This document shows positions 49,546-59,192 of a DNA stretch of 64,000 bases, piece by piece; within the stretch, counting starts at the first letter, position 1; every line of letters starts with the position of its first letter. The stretch is from a bacterium (GTDB lineage: Bacteria > Calditrichota > Calditrichia > RBG-13-44-9 > J042). The stretch is from positions 54,264 through 118,263 of the forward strand of contig WFTQ01000089.1 of the NCBI GenBank assembly GCA_015485355.1. Reading direction: 5' to 3'. The position numbers were made by a program, and so were the translations under genes. The notes under the pieces are model-generated. The model did not search any database and was not told where the DNA came from. It saw only the letters and a list, made by a program, of their open reading frames with translations.

Positions 49546-50847
49546 TTGAATTTGAGGCAAGGAAAGAAAGAAGCGATGATGAAGTTACGGATCGGCGGTT
49601 TGCAATGGAGCATGGGGATGATATTGTTGCCCCTGATGGTTGGATGGGGGCAATGGGATCGGGGACCCGATCTACCCCTCCCGAGGGCCGGGGCGGCTGC
49701 GGTGGTCTTCGAAGGCGCCGTTTACATATTGGGGGGTAAGACGAACAACAACACCCTGTTAAATACCGTCGATCGGTACGATCCCCGCACGGGACAATGG
49801 GAAGCCGCCGCCCTGCCGAATTTCCCCAAACCCCGCTACAATGCCGCCGCCGTGGTTTTTCAGAACCAAATCTATCTGATCGGTGGGGTCGGTATGGGAG
49901 GCCAGGTCCTCCGTTCGGTGGAGGTCTACGATCCTGCGCAAAATAAGTGGTTTAGTGTGCATCGTATGCACTACGGCCGCCAGGGACACGTGGCGGTGGT
50001 ATTAAACGGAAAAATTTGCGTGCTCGGGGGCAGCGAAAATCTGGGATACGAATACGCCGACGACATAGAATGGTATGATTCCGCGGCAAACGACTGGGAA
50101 GAAAGCGACTCGGAATTGCCCGAAGGACGGGCGGCACCCTTTATCGGTGTGGTGAATAACGGGATCTATCTGTTTGGTGGATATTATATTCAACCTACCT
50201 CTGAAGCCCTTGTGGGCCGGCCGGATAGCAGCGGGGATTTTTCCTGGTTCTCCTTGCCTCCGCTGTCCAGCCCCCGCGCCTATGGCGGCAGCGTTACCCT
50301 TGGAGAAACAATTTATCTGATCGGCGGCGTGGGTAGCAACGGCAGGGCCACAGCACGGGTGGAAAGCTTTCGGGTTCCCGAAAATGCCTATGCCCAGGAA
50401 CCTTCTTTACAAATTCCCCGAAGCGGTATGGCCACCGTTCTCCTGGATAGCATTATCTATGTGATGGGCGGGTATGACCAGAACAATGCTTCCATCCTCT
50501 CGTCAATGGAGATGCTGAACCTCCGTTATACATCTCTGAAGGCGTCCGATGACCCGATAAGCGTTCCCGCCGATTTTGTGCAGCTCTGGGGATATCCCAA
50601 TCCTTTCAACGGACGGTTGACCTTGGAGGTGGGTTTAAAAACCGTTTCGGAAATCGAGCTTTCTGTGTTTAATTTGCGAGGGCAGCGGATAAGACGAATT
50701 TATCGGGGAACACTAACCGGAGGAGTCCATCGGTTTGCCTGGGATGCCCGCGATGATCAACAGCACAGGGTGGCGTCGGGTGTTTATTTCGCCGTGGTTA
50801 AAGCGGGTTCGTACGTCAGAAAGTTTAAAATGGTGTATGTCCGCTGA
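49546..50847 (+). CDS. Kelch-repeat beta-propeller protein with C-terminal type IX secretion (Por_Secre_tail) sorting domain
   Basis: Five or six Kelch blades (AAAVVFEGAVYILGG..., NAAAVVFQNQIYLIGG...). C-terminal about 80 aa YPNPFNGRLTLEV...LSVFNLRGQRI...GVHRFAWDARDD...ASGVYFAVVKAGSYVRKFKMVYV matches the T9SS CTD. Confidence 0.65.
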   Translation: MNLRQGKKEAMMKLRIGGLQWSMGMILLPLMVGWGQWDRGPDLPLPRAGAAAVVFEGAVYILGGKTNNNTLLNTVDRYDPRTGQWEAAALPNFPKPRYNAAAVVFQNQIYLIGGVGMGGQVLRSVEVYDPAQNKWFSVHRMHYGRQGHVAVVLNGKICVLGGSENLGYEYADDIEWYDSAANDWEESDSELPEGRAAPFIGVVNNGIYLFGGYYIQPTSEALVGRPDSSGDFSWFSLPPLSSPRAYGGSVTLGETIYLIGGVGSNGRATARVESFRVPENAYAQEPSLQIPRSGMATVLLDSIIYVMGGYDQNNASILSSMEMLNLRYTSLKASDDPISVPADFVQLWGYPNPFNGRLTLEVGLKTVSEIELSVFNLRGQRIRRIYRGTLTGGVHRFAWDARDDQQHRVASGVYFAVVKAGSYVRKFKMVYVR

Positions 50848-51640
50848 TTGTTTTCGCCCATTCATTCTCCTCGGCATTGGGCTGTGGATTTGTGCATCAC
50901 CGTCCTTGGCCAATCAGAGTCAAGACAAAGACCCTGTCGCCCGACTGGGATCTTTGTATGAGGCTTTGCAATTTCAGGAAGTTGTTCGCAAGGGAAAAGA
51001 GCTGTTAAAGCACCCCGAGCGTTTTACCCCCGATCAACTGGCCAGGATTCATGAGTACCTGGGATTGGCGTATTACAGCCTGGGCCGGCTGGATTCTGCG
51101 CGTTCCCATTTTGTGTCCGAACTGGAATTAGACCCCGACAGGCGTCTGGATCCGATACGTGTATCCCCCAAGATTATTGATTTTTTCAACCGTTTGCGGG
51201 AACAGCGACAACTTGAGGGGGGGAAAACGTCCTTTGTTCCCTATGTCCGTTATGTTTTCATCGAAGACCCCCGACCCGCCGCTGCCTGGCGTTCTGCCCT
51301 CCTGCCGGGCTGGGGGCAGTGGTATAAGCGTCAGAAGACCCGGGCCGGGATTCTGGGCGGGGCCTTCTGGACCAGCGTCCTGGCCACGGGAACGGCTTTT
51401 TACCTGGAACGCCAGGCGCGTACCCACTACATCAACCAGAAAAATCCGCCCGAGATCCAACAGGCCTACGACCGGTACAACTTCTGGTACCGAAGCCGCC
51501 AGCTTGGCTTGCGCCTGGTCCTTTTCACCTGGATGGCGGCCGTTACCGATGCGCTTTGGACCCCCGCATCGAACGTGAAGGTGCAGCCCACCGTTGGCGA
51601 GGAACAAACCCTGGGATTGCACCTCCGGGTGCAATGGTAA
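50837..51640 (+). CDS. Hypothetical secreted/membrane protein with TPR-like N-terminal region
   Basis: Signal peptide MSADCFRPFILLGIGLWICASPSLA. TPR-like LGLAYYSLGRLDSARSHFVSELELDPD. C-terminal hydrophobic segment. The internal start overlaps the Kelch gene stop; the ORF track begins at 50735. Confidence 0.4.
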   Translation: MSADCFRPFILLGIGLWICASPSLANQSQDKDPVARLGSLYEALQFQEVVRKGKELLKHPERFTPDQLARIHEYLGLAYYSLGRLDSARSHFVSELELDPDRRLDPIRVSPKIIDFFNRLREQRQLEGGKTSFVPYVRYVFIEDPRPAAAWRSALLPGWGQWYKRQKTRAGILGGAFWTSVLATGTAFYLERQARTHYINQKNPPEIQQAYDRYNFWYRSRQLGLRLVLFTWMAAVTDALWTPASNVKVQPTVGEEQTLGLHLRVQW

Positions 51641-51831
51641 GTCCAGAAGAACCTCCTTCTGTGTGGAAGGTGAAAGACCGGACTGAAACATTTTCCGGAA
51701 ATAAAACGATATCACGACAATCTCTTTGCGGCGGCAGCCACCCGCACAGCCTTTAGGGCCGAGAGTACAGAAAGGTCTCCATCCATCTCGTTTTGTTCGA
51801 CTCCCTATGATCGGAACCCTCGGCAAGGCGG

Positions 51832-52284
51832 TTATAGAAACGTGGAAAAATCCACGCGGGTGGCTTGTCGGCTGAAAGTGCAGTCTTCCCCGATTAAGTT
51901 GCCTTCTACATTAATAAAACCGATCAGGCCGGGCGGTTTTTCCGAAATGGCCAATTGGGCGATGGCTCCCCCCATGCTGTGACCCATCAAAACGACGGAT
52001 GAGGGTTCAAGCCGTTGTAAAAGCGGATGGATTAAACGGGCCATCGGTTTCAGCGAATAGTCCAATCCGGGGGCTTTGCTACTCCATCCTCCACCGGGTA
52101 AATCCGGAATCGCAAGGCTGTAGCTCCGGAGCGCCGGGTGAGACCAAACGGCCCCATAATGGGTATGATCGCATCCCAATCCATGGATGAATAGTAACAA
52201 TGGGGATTGCCTTTTCCGATAGGCTGAAAACAGGGTGTGCCGGCCGAATGAAAACGACGTTGTTTGCACGGGTACGATCACCAA
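51832..52284 (-). pseudogene. Truncated alpha/beta-hydrolase fragment (N-terminal 150 aa only)
   Basis: HGLGCDHTHY oxyanion-hole region and nucleophile elbow GHSMGG are present. The ORF ends about 50 aa after the Ser, with no acid or His of the triad. Only 190 bp remain before the next gene. Confidence 0.35.
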
Positions 52285-52299
52285 TTGATTAAGAGTCCC

Positions 52300-53697
52300 T
52301 CAGCTTCTGGGCGGGGCGGCGGGAATGATCTCTCCTGCAGGGGTGTCGGCGAGGAGCCGACCCTTGTGCACCAGAATCGTTCCCCGCAAAATGGTATATT
52401 CCAAGGTCCCGGCAATTTTCATTCCCTCGTAGGGGCACCAGTCCGCCCGTCCGTGTCCGTGGCTACTGGAAAGGATGGTTTCTTGATCAGGATTCCAGAT
52501 GATCAAGTCCGCATCCAGGCCTATTTGAATGTCCCCTTTCCGATGGTTCAATCCGAAGATGCGAGCGGGGTGAGTTCCCAATACCTGAACCAATTGTTGG
52601 AGCGTTATTCGGTTTTGATGAACCCCGTAGGTATATAACAAAGGGAAAAGGGTTTCCACGCCCGGCAAACCGTTCGGGGTTTGGTGGAATTGTCGGTTCC
52701 CCTGTTCTTTCTGCTGTCGGGTAAACGGGCAGTGGTCGGTGCCGACCACATCGATGTCTCCGTTGCAAAGCGCCTGCCACAGCGCTTCCTGATCTTCTGG
52801 TCGCCTCAAGGGAGGTGTGGTAATGTAATAATGGCCGTTGGTTTTCCGGTAACATTGTTCGTTCAGCAGAAGGTATTGGGGGCAGGTTTCGATGTACAGG
52901 GGGGTTCCCCGGCTTCGGGCTTCCAGGGCGGCTTCCAGTCCTTGTCGGCTGCTCAGGTGTACAATATACAATGGTGCCTGGGTTTCGCGAGAGATGCGCG
53001 CCGCTGTTTCAATGGCGCGGGCTTCGGCTTCTGCCGGTCGGGAACGGGCGTGGTAGATCGGCTCCCGCCGGCCGGTGGAAAGATGACGATGGGTATTGCG
53101 CTCAACGATTTCATCGTCTTCGGCATGGAGCATGACCACTCCACCGGATCGGGAGACCGTTTCCAGAATGAGTCGAAATTGGGTCCAGGTGACCATCATA
53201 CCGGCCTCTTTGTAGGTGGAGAAGGTTTTAAAACTGCGGAATCCCTGCTGAATGAGGGAGGGAATCTGGTGCAGCCAGCGCTCCGGCTGGTCGGTAACGT
53301 TCACGTGAAGATGCACGTCCACGAAACTCTTCCCTCCGGCCCGGTGAATGCGTTCTTTCAGGGCCTGCTGAAGCGATTGCCCCTTGGCCTGCACCGTAAA
53401 GTCGATTATGGTGGTGATGCCTCCAAATGCGGCGGCCCGGCTGCCGGTGTTAAAGTCATCCGCCGACCAGGTGGTTTTGATGGGAATGCCCATGTGGGTG
53501 TGGGCGTCGATGAAGCCGGGGAAGACCAGGCACCCGCCGGCGTCGATTTCTTGAGCGGCTTTTGCGGGCAGGGAGGGCTCCAGGGCGGCAATCCGCCCGC
53601 CTCGAATACCGACGTCCAGACGGCGGGTCTCCCGTGAGGTGACCACCCGCCCGTTGCGAACGATTAAATCGAAGGAAGCGTTCCCTTCCGCTGCCAT
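52300..53697 (-). CDS. Cyclic amidohydrolase of the dihydropyrimidinase / D-hydantoinase family (HyuA-like)
   Basis: Metal-binding PGFIDAHTHMGIP. Overall about 465 aa of amidohydrolase fold. Start chosen at MAAEGNASFDLIV; the ORF track extends 24 codons upstream. Confidence 0.7.
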   Translation of the reverse strand: MAAEGNASFDLIVRNGRVVTSRETRRLDVGIRGGRIAALEPSLPAKAAQEIDAGGCLVFPGFIDAHTHMGIPIKTTWSADDFNTGSRAAAFGGITTIIDFTVQAKGQSLQQALKERIHRAGGKSFVDVHLHVNVTDQPERWLHQIPSLIQQGFRSFKTFSTYKEAGMMVTWTQFRLILETVSRSGGVVMLHAEDDEIVERNTHRHLSTGRREPIYHARSRPAEAEARAIETAARISRETQAPLYIVHLSSRQGLEAALEARSRGTPLYIETCPQYLLLNEQCYRKTNGHYYITTPPLRRPEDQEALWQALCNGDIDVVGTDHCPFTRQQKEQGNRQFHQTPNGLPGVETLFPLLYTYGVHQNRITLQQLVQVLGTHPARIFGLNHRKGDIQIGLDADLIIWNPDQETILSSSHGHGRADWCPYEGMKIAGTLEYTILRGTILVHKGRLLADTPAGEIIPAAPPRS

Positions 53698-53798
53698 GGC
53701 GTATCCTGTGTTGTCACATGTCACTCGCCCCGGGTGCTCGGGACTAACCCTGTGGCCCCATGGTTTCATCCGGAGCGCTTTCAGGCAACAGCCGGGGA

Positions 53799-54779
53799 TT
53801 ACATGGTTAAGGCCATAACGGCCTTCGCCGTGTGGAGCCGGTTTTCGGCTTCCTGATACACCACCGACTGCGGCCCATCAATGACGGCGTCGGTGACCTC
53901 GTATCCCCGATCGGCCGGAAGGCAATGCATGTAAATCGCCTCCTGTTTGGCCAGTTGCATTCGACGTTCGTCGCATATCCAGTCTTTGTATTTTTGGGCA
54001 ATTTGAAGCGCCTCCTGAGGCCGGTCGAACAGCTCCTGGATACCCCAGCTTTTGGGATAAACAATGTCTGCGCCTTCGAAAGCGGCGTCCATATCGTCCA
54101 CCACCTCGAATTTCACCCCAACGCGCCGGGCATTCTCCCGGGCAATGCGCAGGGGGGCTTCCATTAAGGCGTATTCCGGCGGATGGGCCAGGGTCACATC
54201 CAGACCAAAACGAGTCATTAACATGATCAATCCCTGGGGTACCGACAGGGGTTTGGCATAGGATGGAGCATAGGCCCAGGATACCACCATTTTTCGCCCC
54301 CGCAGATTTTCTCCGAAGATTTCCCGAATCGTCATCAGGTCTGCCAGGGTCTGGAAGGGATGATCCACATCGCACTGCAGGTTGAAAACCGGTTTATCGG
54401 CCCAACGTGCCATCTCTCGTATGTAACGATGGCCTTCCCCCGGTACCCGATCGTGACGAATGGCGATGGCGTGTCCATATGACGAGAGAATGATTCCCGT
54501 ATCTTTGGGACTTTCTCCGTGGGCGATTTGTGAGGTGGACACGTCGATGTAATGGGCATGCCCCCCCAGCTGGGTGATGCCGGCTTCGAACGAATTGCGC
54601 GTTCGGGTGGACTTGTCAAAAAACATGAGAAAGATGGTTTTATCGGGAAGAAATCGGTGGGGAATGTTGTGCTGAAACATAAACTTCAGTTCTTTGGCTG
54701 TGCGAAGCGCCAGTTCAATTTCCTCGTCACTCCAGTCCTGAGTGGAAATGAAATCCCGGCCTTTGAGCTGTCCGATCAT
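53799..54779 (-). CDS. YgeW-like putative carbamoyltransferase (OTCase/ATCase fold)
   Basis: Carbamoyl-phosphate-binding STRTRNSFE. N-terminal MIGQLKGRDFISTQDWSDEEIE resembles E. coli YgeW. Confidence 0.65.
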   Translation of the reverse strand: MIGQLKGRDFISTQDWSDEEIELALRTAKELKFMFQHNIPHRFLPDKTIFLMFFDKSTRTRNSFEAGITQLGGHAHYIDVSTSQIAHGESPKDTGIILSSYGHAIAIRHDRVPGEGHRYIREMARWADKPVFNLQCDVDHPFQTLADLMTIREIFGENLRGRKMVVSWAYAPSYAKPLSVPQGLIMLMTRFGLDVTLAHPPEYALMEAPLRIARENARRVGVKFEVVDDMDAAFEGADIVYPKSWGIQELFDRPQEALQIAQKYKDWICDERRMQLAKQEAIYMHCLPADRGYEVTDAVIDGPQSVVYQEAENRLHTAKAVMALTM

Positions 54780-54956
54780 GGGTCGCCTCCTTTTCGTTTT
54801 AACCTCTTACATCATCCGGTTTGCTCGGTTCGGATATTGTGTATCCCGGCTCCAGGGGATCAGAGCTACTTCCCTCCTGAAGAAGGGAATTTAATGACGG
54901 TTGACGATCAAAGGCAAAGGTTCTCTTACCGGCCGAAAAGAAAAGAGCAGGCAAGC

Positions 54957-56150
54957 TCATTTCCCCGTTTTTGCCCAGTCGAGGACGAAAGCAACATAGA
55001 AGGCTGTGGCTTTGGCCAGATGATCCAGGGGGATGTGTTCATCGGGGGCGTGAGCATACACTTCATTGCCCGGTCCAAAACCAATGGTGGGGATTTGGAA
55101 AAGGCCCATGGTGGCCACGCCATTGGTCGAAAAGGTCCATTTGTCCACCCGAGGAGCGTGATGAAAGAGCCTCCGGTAACTGTAGATCGCCGTTTGCAGC
55201 GCCGGATGATCGGAGGGCAGCACCCAGGTGGGATAATACTTCTTCATGGGATACACCGTGCCGCGGTAACTTGCCCGTCGGTATTCAGGCACCCAGGCAC
55301 GCGCGTCGGCCTTTCGAAATGCGTTCAGCGATTGAATTTCTTTCAGACAGCTGTCGATGGTTTCTCCCGCCGTTAACCGGCGGTCTAAGTGAATGGTGCA
55401 GGAGTCCGCCACGGCACACAGAGAAGGGGCCGTCGAGCGGATGTCGGAAATGGTAAGGCTGCCCGGCCCCAGAAAATCGTCCCTTGTTAAACGAGGATGG
55501 AGTCGCTCGATCTCTTGAACGATAGGGGCCATTTTGTAGATGGCATTGATCCCGCGCTCCGGTGCCGATCCATGGGCGGAAATCCCTGTCGTTTGTACTT
55601 GGATTTCCATACGGCCCCGATGACCCCGATAGATGTTCAGGTTGGTTGGCTCCGTGAGGAGAACCAGTTCGGGCTCGATGATCTGTTGTTCAATAATGTA
55701 TTTCCAGCACAGTCCGTCACAATCTTCTTCCATGACGGAAGCCACGACCCAGAGGGTGACATCTTCCGGGAGCCCCGTTTCAGCCAGAATTTTTCCGGCA
55801 TAAACGGCACTGGCTATCCCCCCTTTCTGATCGCAGGCTCCCCGGCCGTACAGTTTGCCTTCCCGGATTTCCCCTCCAAAGGGCTCGACCGTCCAGAGGT
55901 CAGGATTGCCCACGTCAACCACATCACAATGCCCATCGATCGCCACTACCCGACGGCCCCGGCCAAGACGCCCCATCACATTTCCCAGCGCGTCGATTTT
56001 TACCTCCTCAAATCCCGCTTTCTCCATTTCGGCCTGGATGCGCTGCACCACGTTTTCTTCTTCGCCGCTGAGGGAGGGTATGCGGACGATGTCTTGCAAA
56101 AAAGCGATCAGTTCGGGTTGCAATTGGAGGGCCCGTTTCAGCAGCGCCAT
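54957..56150 (-). CDS. M20-family metallopeptidase, YgeY-like
   Basis: AIDGHCDVVDVG metal site. M20 dimerisation region. 397 aa. Adjacent to the YgeW-like gene as in E. coli ygeW-ygeX-ygeY. Confidence 0.7.
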   Translation of the reverse strand: MALLKRALQLQPELIAFLQDIVRIPSLSGEEENVVQRIQAEMEKAGFEEVKIDALGNVMGRLGRGRRVVAIDGHCDVVDVGNPDLWTVEPFGGEIREGKLYGRGACDQKGGIASAVYAGKILAETGLPEDVTLWVVASVMEEDCDGLCWKYIIEQQIIEPELVLLTEPTNLNIYRGHRGRMEIQVQTTGISAHGSAPERGINAIYKMAPIVQEIERLHPRLTRDDFLGPGSLTISDIRSTAPSLCAVADSCTIHLDRRLTAGETIDSCLKEIQSLNAFRKADARAWVPEYRRASYRGTVYPMKKYYPTWVLPSDHPALQTAIYSYRRLFHHAPRVDKWTFSTNGVATMGLFQIPTIGFGPGNEVYAHAPDEHIPLDHLAKATAFYVAFVLDWAKTGK

Positions 56151-56338
56151 TTTCTCTCCTCCTTTTTCGCCTGAAACAATGGATTATCGCAAATCCTCCC
56201 AACAAAATAAAGACAAAATTGAAATCGTTCTGCAAGAAGTAATGAACGGTATTCTCAGCTTTCGCTACGATCGGATGCAATATTTGCTTATATTTTATTG
56301 TGGGGATATCAGGTTAGTCAAAAATTGCCGGGGGCATC

Positions 56339-57544
56339 ATGGCGGATTTTTTCCAGAATGGGCTCATTGCCACGTTACATCGCCTGAAGCAACGGCCGTT
56401 GGAATCTCTGGAAGCCGAGCTGAAGCGGTTTTCGCGAAAGCGCCCCATGGCGTTGGTGCTGCCGACGCTGTACTCCGAGTTGGAAGGCGAGGCCTTACCG
56501 AATATCATTGCGGAATTGCGCCAAGTGGAATATATCCAGGAGATCGTGATCGGATTGGATCGGGCGACCAAAAGCGAATTTCATTTTGCCAAAACCTTTT
56601 TTTCCGATCTGCCTCAGCCGCACCGGGTCATCTGGCAGGATGGCCCCAACATGTTGAAATTGCACGAGTTGTTAAAACACCATGGCCTCTCCATCGGCGA
56701 ACCGGGAAAAGGGCGCAACGCCTGGTTTTGCTTTGGGTATATTCTTTCGGCGGGCCGTTCCCGGGCCGTGGCCATTCACGATTGCGATATCTTAACCTAC
56801 GATCGCCACCTCCTGGCGCGCTTGTTTTATCCCGTCGCCAACCCCAATTTCGGCATTAAATTCTGTAAAGGGTACTATGCCCGGGTGACCGACCGATTGA
56901 ATGGACGGGTCACCCGACTGTTCGTGACCCCGCTGGTACGTTCCCTGAAAAAAATCCTGGGCCCTCTGGAGTATCTGGATTTTCTGGATGGTTTCCGCTA
57001 TCCCCTGGCCGGCGAGTTTTCGATGGGTGTGGATGTGCTGGAGCATATTCGTATTCCCAGCGATTGGGGATTGGAAGTGGGGGTGTTGTCCGAAGTATAC
57101 CGCAATTACGCCCTCAAACAGATTTGTCAGGTGGATATTGCCGATGAATTCGATCATAAACATCAGCCCCTCTCCGAAGAAGATCCTAACGCCGGCCTTT
57201 CGAAAATGACCATCGATATTGCCAAATCGATTTATCGAACCCTGGCCAGCATGGGGGTGGTGTTCTCCGAGGAGTTTTTTCGAACCATTAAGGCCACCTA
57301 TTTACGAACCGCCTTCGATTTTCTGGAAAAATATTATTACGATGCCAAGATTAACGGCCTCGACTTCGACCGGCATCAGGAGGAAAAGACCATCGAGGTG
57401 TTCATTCGCAGTATCATCATCGCCGGGGAACAGTTCCTGGCCAATCCCATGGAAGTGCCTCTCATTCCCAACTGGAGTCGGGTCATCTCGGCTATTCCTG
57501 AATTTTACGATCTGCTTTACAAATCGGTGGAGGAAGATAATTAA
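56339..57544 (+). CDS. Glucosyl-3-phosphoglycerate synthase-like retaining glycosyltransferase (GT81/GpgS-like)
   Basis: MALVLPTLYSELEGE, GKGRNAWF, AIHDCDIL (DxD), TDRLNGRVTRLFVTPLV, LAGEFS and DWGLEVGVLSE align with M. tuberculosis GpgS motifs (ISVVLPALNEE, GKGEALW, DSDL, GGGRVTELVARPLL, LSGEYA, GYGVEIGLLID). Confidence 0.55.
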   Translation: MADFFQNGLIATLHRLKQRPLESLEAELKRFSRKRPMALVLPTLYSELEGEALPNIIAELRQVEYIQEIVIGLDRATKSEFHFAKTFFSDLPQPHRVIWQDGPNMLKLHELLKHHGLSIGEPGKGRNAWFCFGYILSAGRSRAVAIHDCDILTYDRHLLARLFYPVANPNFGIKFCKGYYARVTDRLNGRVTRLFVTPLVRSLKKILGPLEYLDFLDGFRYPLAGEFSMGVDVLEHIRIPSDWGLEVGVLSEVYRNYALKQICQVDIADEFDHKHQPLSEEDPNAGLSKMTIDIAKSIYRTLASMGVVFSEEFFRTIKATYLRTAFDFLEKYYYDAKINGLDFDRHQEEKTIEVFIRSIIIAGEQFLANPMEVPLIPNWSRVISAIPEFYDLLYKSVEEDN

Positions 57545-57712
57545 CCGTCCCGTATCGCAACGTCAAGGCGGCACCGACGCACCCTCCCCTGAATGCAGTT
57601 GCATTCCCCCGGCGGGCTTGTTATTTTCTTTTCCAGAGGGGGCTGATGAAACAACGGGAAGTTTTTTACTCCCAGAAGGGAGAGGCGGTTTGTAACCCTT
57701 TTGGGTGGATCG

Positions 57713-57727
57713 GGAACCAGAGGTTCC
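57713..57727 (+). promoter_or_regulatory. Palindrome GGAACC-AGA-GGTTCC 44 bp upstream of xdhA
   Basis: Read directly. Partner of the 43068..43081 site. Confidence 0.3.
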
Positions 57728-57770
57728 TAAAATCGAAACGTTTTTACTTTGACAATGACGGGAGTGCGCC

Positions 57771-59192
57771 ATGGCTGCCCCCATTCATTTCTGGCTGAAC
57801 AACGAAGAACTCCGCTGCAACGAACCACCGGGATTATCGGTACTGGACTATTTACGCAAAAGGCGCCGTTTGGTGGGCACCAAGGAGGGTTGCAAAGAAG
57901 GGGATTGCGGTGCCTGTACCGTGCTGGTCGGGGAATTGCAGGGGCGGCAGGTGATTTACCGGCCGATGACCTCCTGTTTGATGCCGCTGGGCGAATTGCA
58001 CGGTAAACATCTGGTCACGATCGAAGGGATTAACCGACCCGAGTTGAATCCCGTACAGCAAGCCATTGTTCAGGAAGGCGCCACCCAGTGCGGCTTTTGT
58101 ACCCCCGGTATTGTGATGTCCCTGATGGGGTATATCATGCAAAAGGGACAGGTAGTGGATGCCCGGGGCATAAAGCGGTGGCTGAGTGGACATTTGTGCC
58201 GTTGTACGGGGTATCGTTCGCTGAAAGCCGTTGCCGGACATCTGCAAACCAGTGTAGGAGATCGCCCGGGGATAGAGAACCTGATTCGAAACCGATGGTT
58301 GCCGGAATACTTTGCCCACATGCCGCGCCGGTTGGCCCGCATCGCCCCGCCGGTGCACCGGGATGGAAAACCGGAAAACCGGCTGATCATTGCCGGCGGA
58401 ACCGATATTTATGTCCAACGGGGGGAGGAACTGCCCGAAACCGATGTCTTCCTGTTCAATTTGATGCCCAAGCCGAAGGGCATACGCCTTTCAGGAAAGG
58501 CTTTGCACATCGGGGCCCTGACAACTTTTGAAGAACTGGCCGCCCATGCTCAGGTCCGGCGGCTCATTCCCCGTATTCGTGAATATATGCACCTGATAGC
58601 CTCGTTGCAAATTCGCCATCGTGCCACGGTAGGGGGGAATATTATCAATGCCTCCCCCATTGCCGATATTGTGATCCTGTTTCTGGCGCTGGATGTTCGC
58701 CTGGTGTTGCAGAAGGGCAGGCAGCGGCGGGTGCTGCCTCTGCGACAGTTTTACTTGGGGTATAAACGGATGGATCAACGGCCGGGAGAAATTCTTGTAG
58801 AGGTACAAATCCCTCGCGATGTTGAAGGTTGCCGCATTCATTTCGAGAAGGTCAGTAAACGCCGGACGCTGGATATCGCTTCGGTGAACAGCGCCATATG
58901 CTTGCGTTCCAATGATGATGGAACCATTGAGAGCGCCGCCGTAGCTGTGGGGGGGGTCGCCCCGGTGCCGCTTTTTCTGGAGAAAACCAGCCGCTTTCTG
59001 GAAGGAAAATCCTGCCGTCCGGAAACGGTGTTGCAGGCCGTTGAAATCGCCATGACCGAAATATCTCCCATCAGCGATGTCAGAGGGAGCGCCGATTATA
59101 AGCGTTTATTGACCCGTCAGCTCATCATTGCCCATTTTACAACCCTGTTCCCGGATAAAATGCAGGTGAGGGAATTTTATGAAGTCCACTGA
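57771..59192 (+). CDS. xdhA: Xanthine dehydrogenase small subunit ([2Fe-2S] x2 plus FAD-binding domain; XdhA of Rhodobacter-type nomenclature)
   Basis: Plant-type [2Fe-2S] CKEGDCGACTV. Second cluster CGFCTPG...CRCTGY. FAD-binding domain RLIIAGGTDIYVQ. Confidence 0.8.
   Translation: MAAPIHFWLNNEELRCNEPPGLSVLDYLRKRRRLVGTKEGCKEGDCGACTVLVGELQGRQVIYRPMTSCLMPLGELHGKHLVTIEGINRPELNPVQQAIVQEGATQCGFCTPGIVMSLMGYIMQKGQVVDARGIKRWLSGHLCRCTGYRSLKAVAGHLQTSVGDRPGIENLIRNRWLPEYFAHMPRRLARIAPPVHRDGKPENRLIIAGGTDIYVQRGEELPETDVFLFNLMPKPKGIRLSGKALHIGALTTFEELAAHAQVRRLIPRIREYMHLIASLQIRHRATVGGNIINASPIADIVILFLALDVRLVLQKGRQRRVLPLRQFYLGYKRMDQRPGEILVEVQIPRDVEGCRIHFEKVSKRRTLDIASVNSAICLRSNDDGTIESAAVAVGGVAPVPLFLEKTSRFLEGKSCRPETVLQAVEIAMTEISPISDVRGSADYKRLLTRQLIIAHFTTLFPDKMQVREFYEVH

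Noticed and set aside
51128-51826. 232-aa minus-strand ORF
   Set aside because: Overlaps the signal-peptide/TPR protein gene on the + strand (50837..51640), which has the more protein-like composition. Its translation is Gly/Pro/Arg-rich low complexity.
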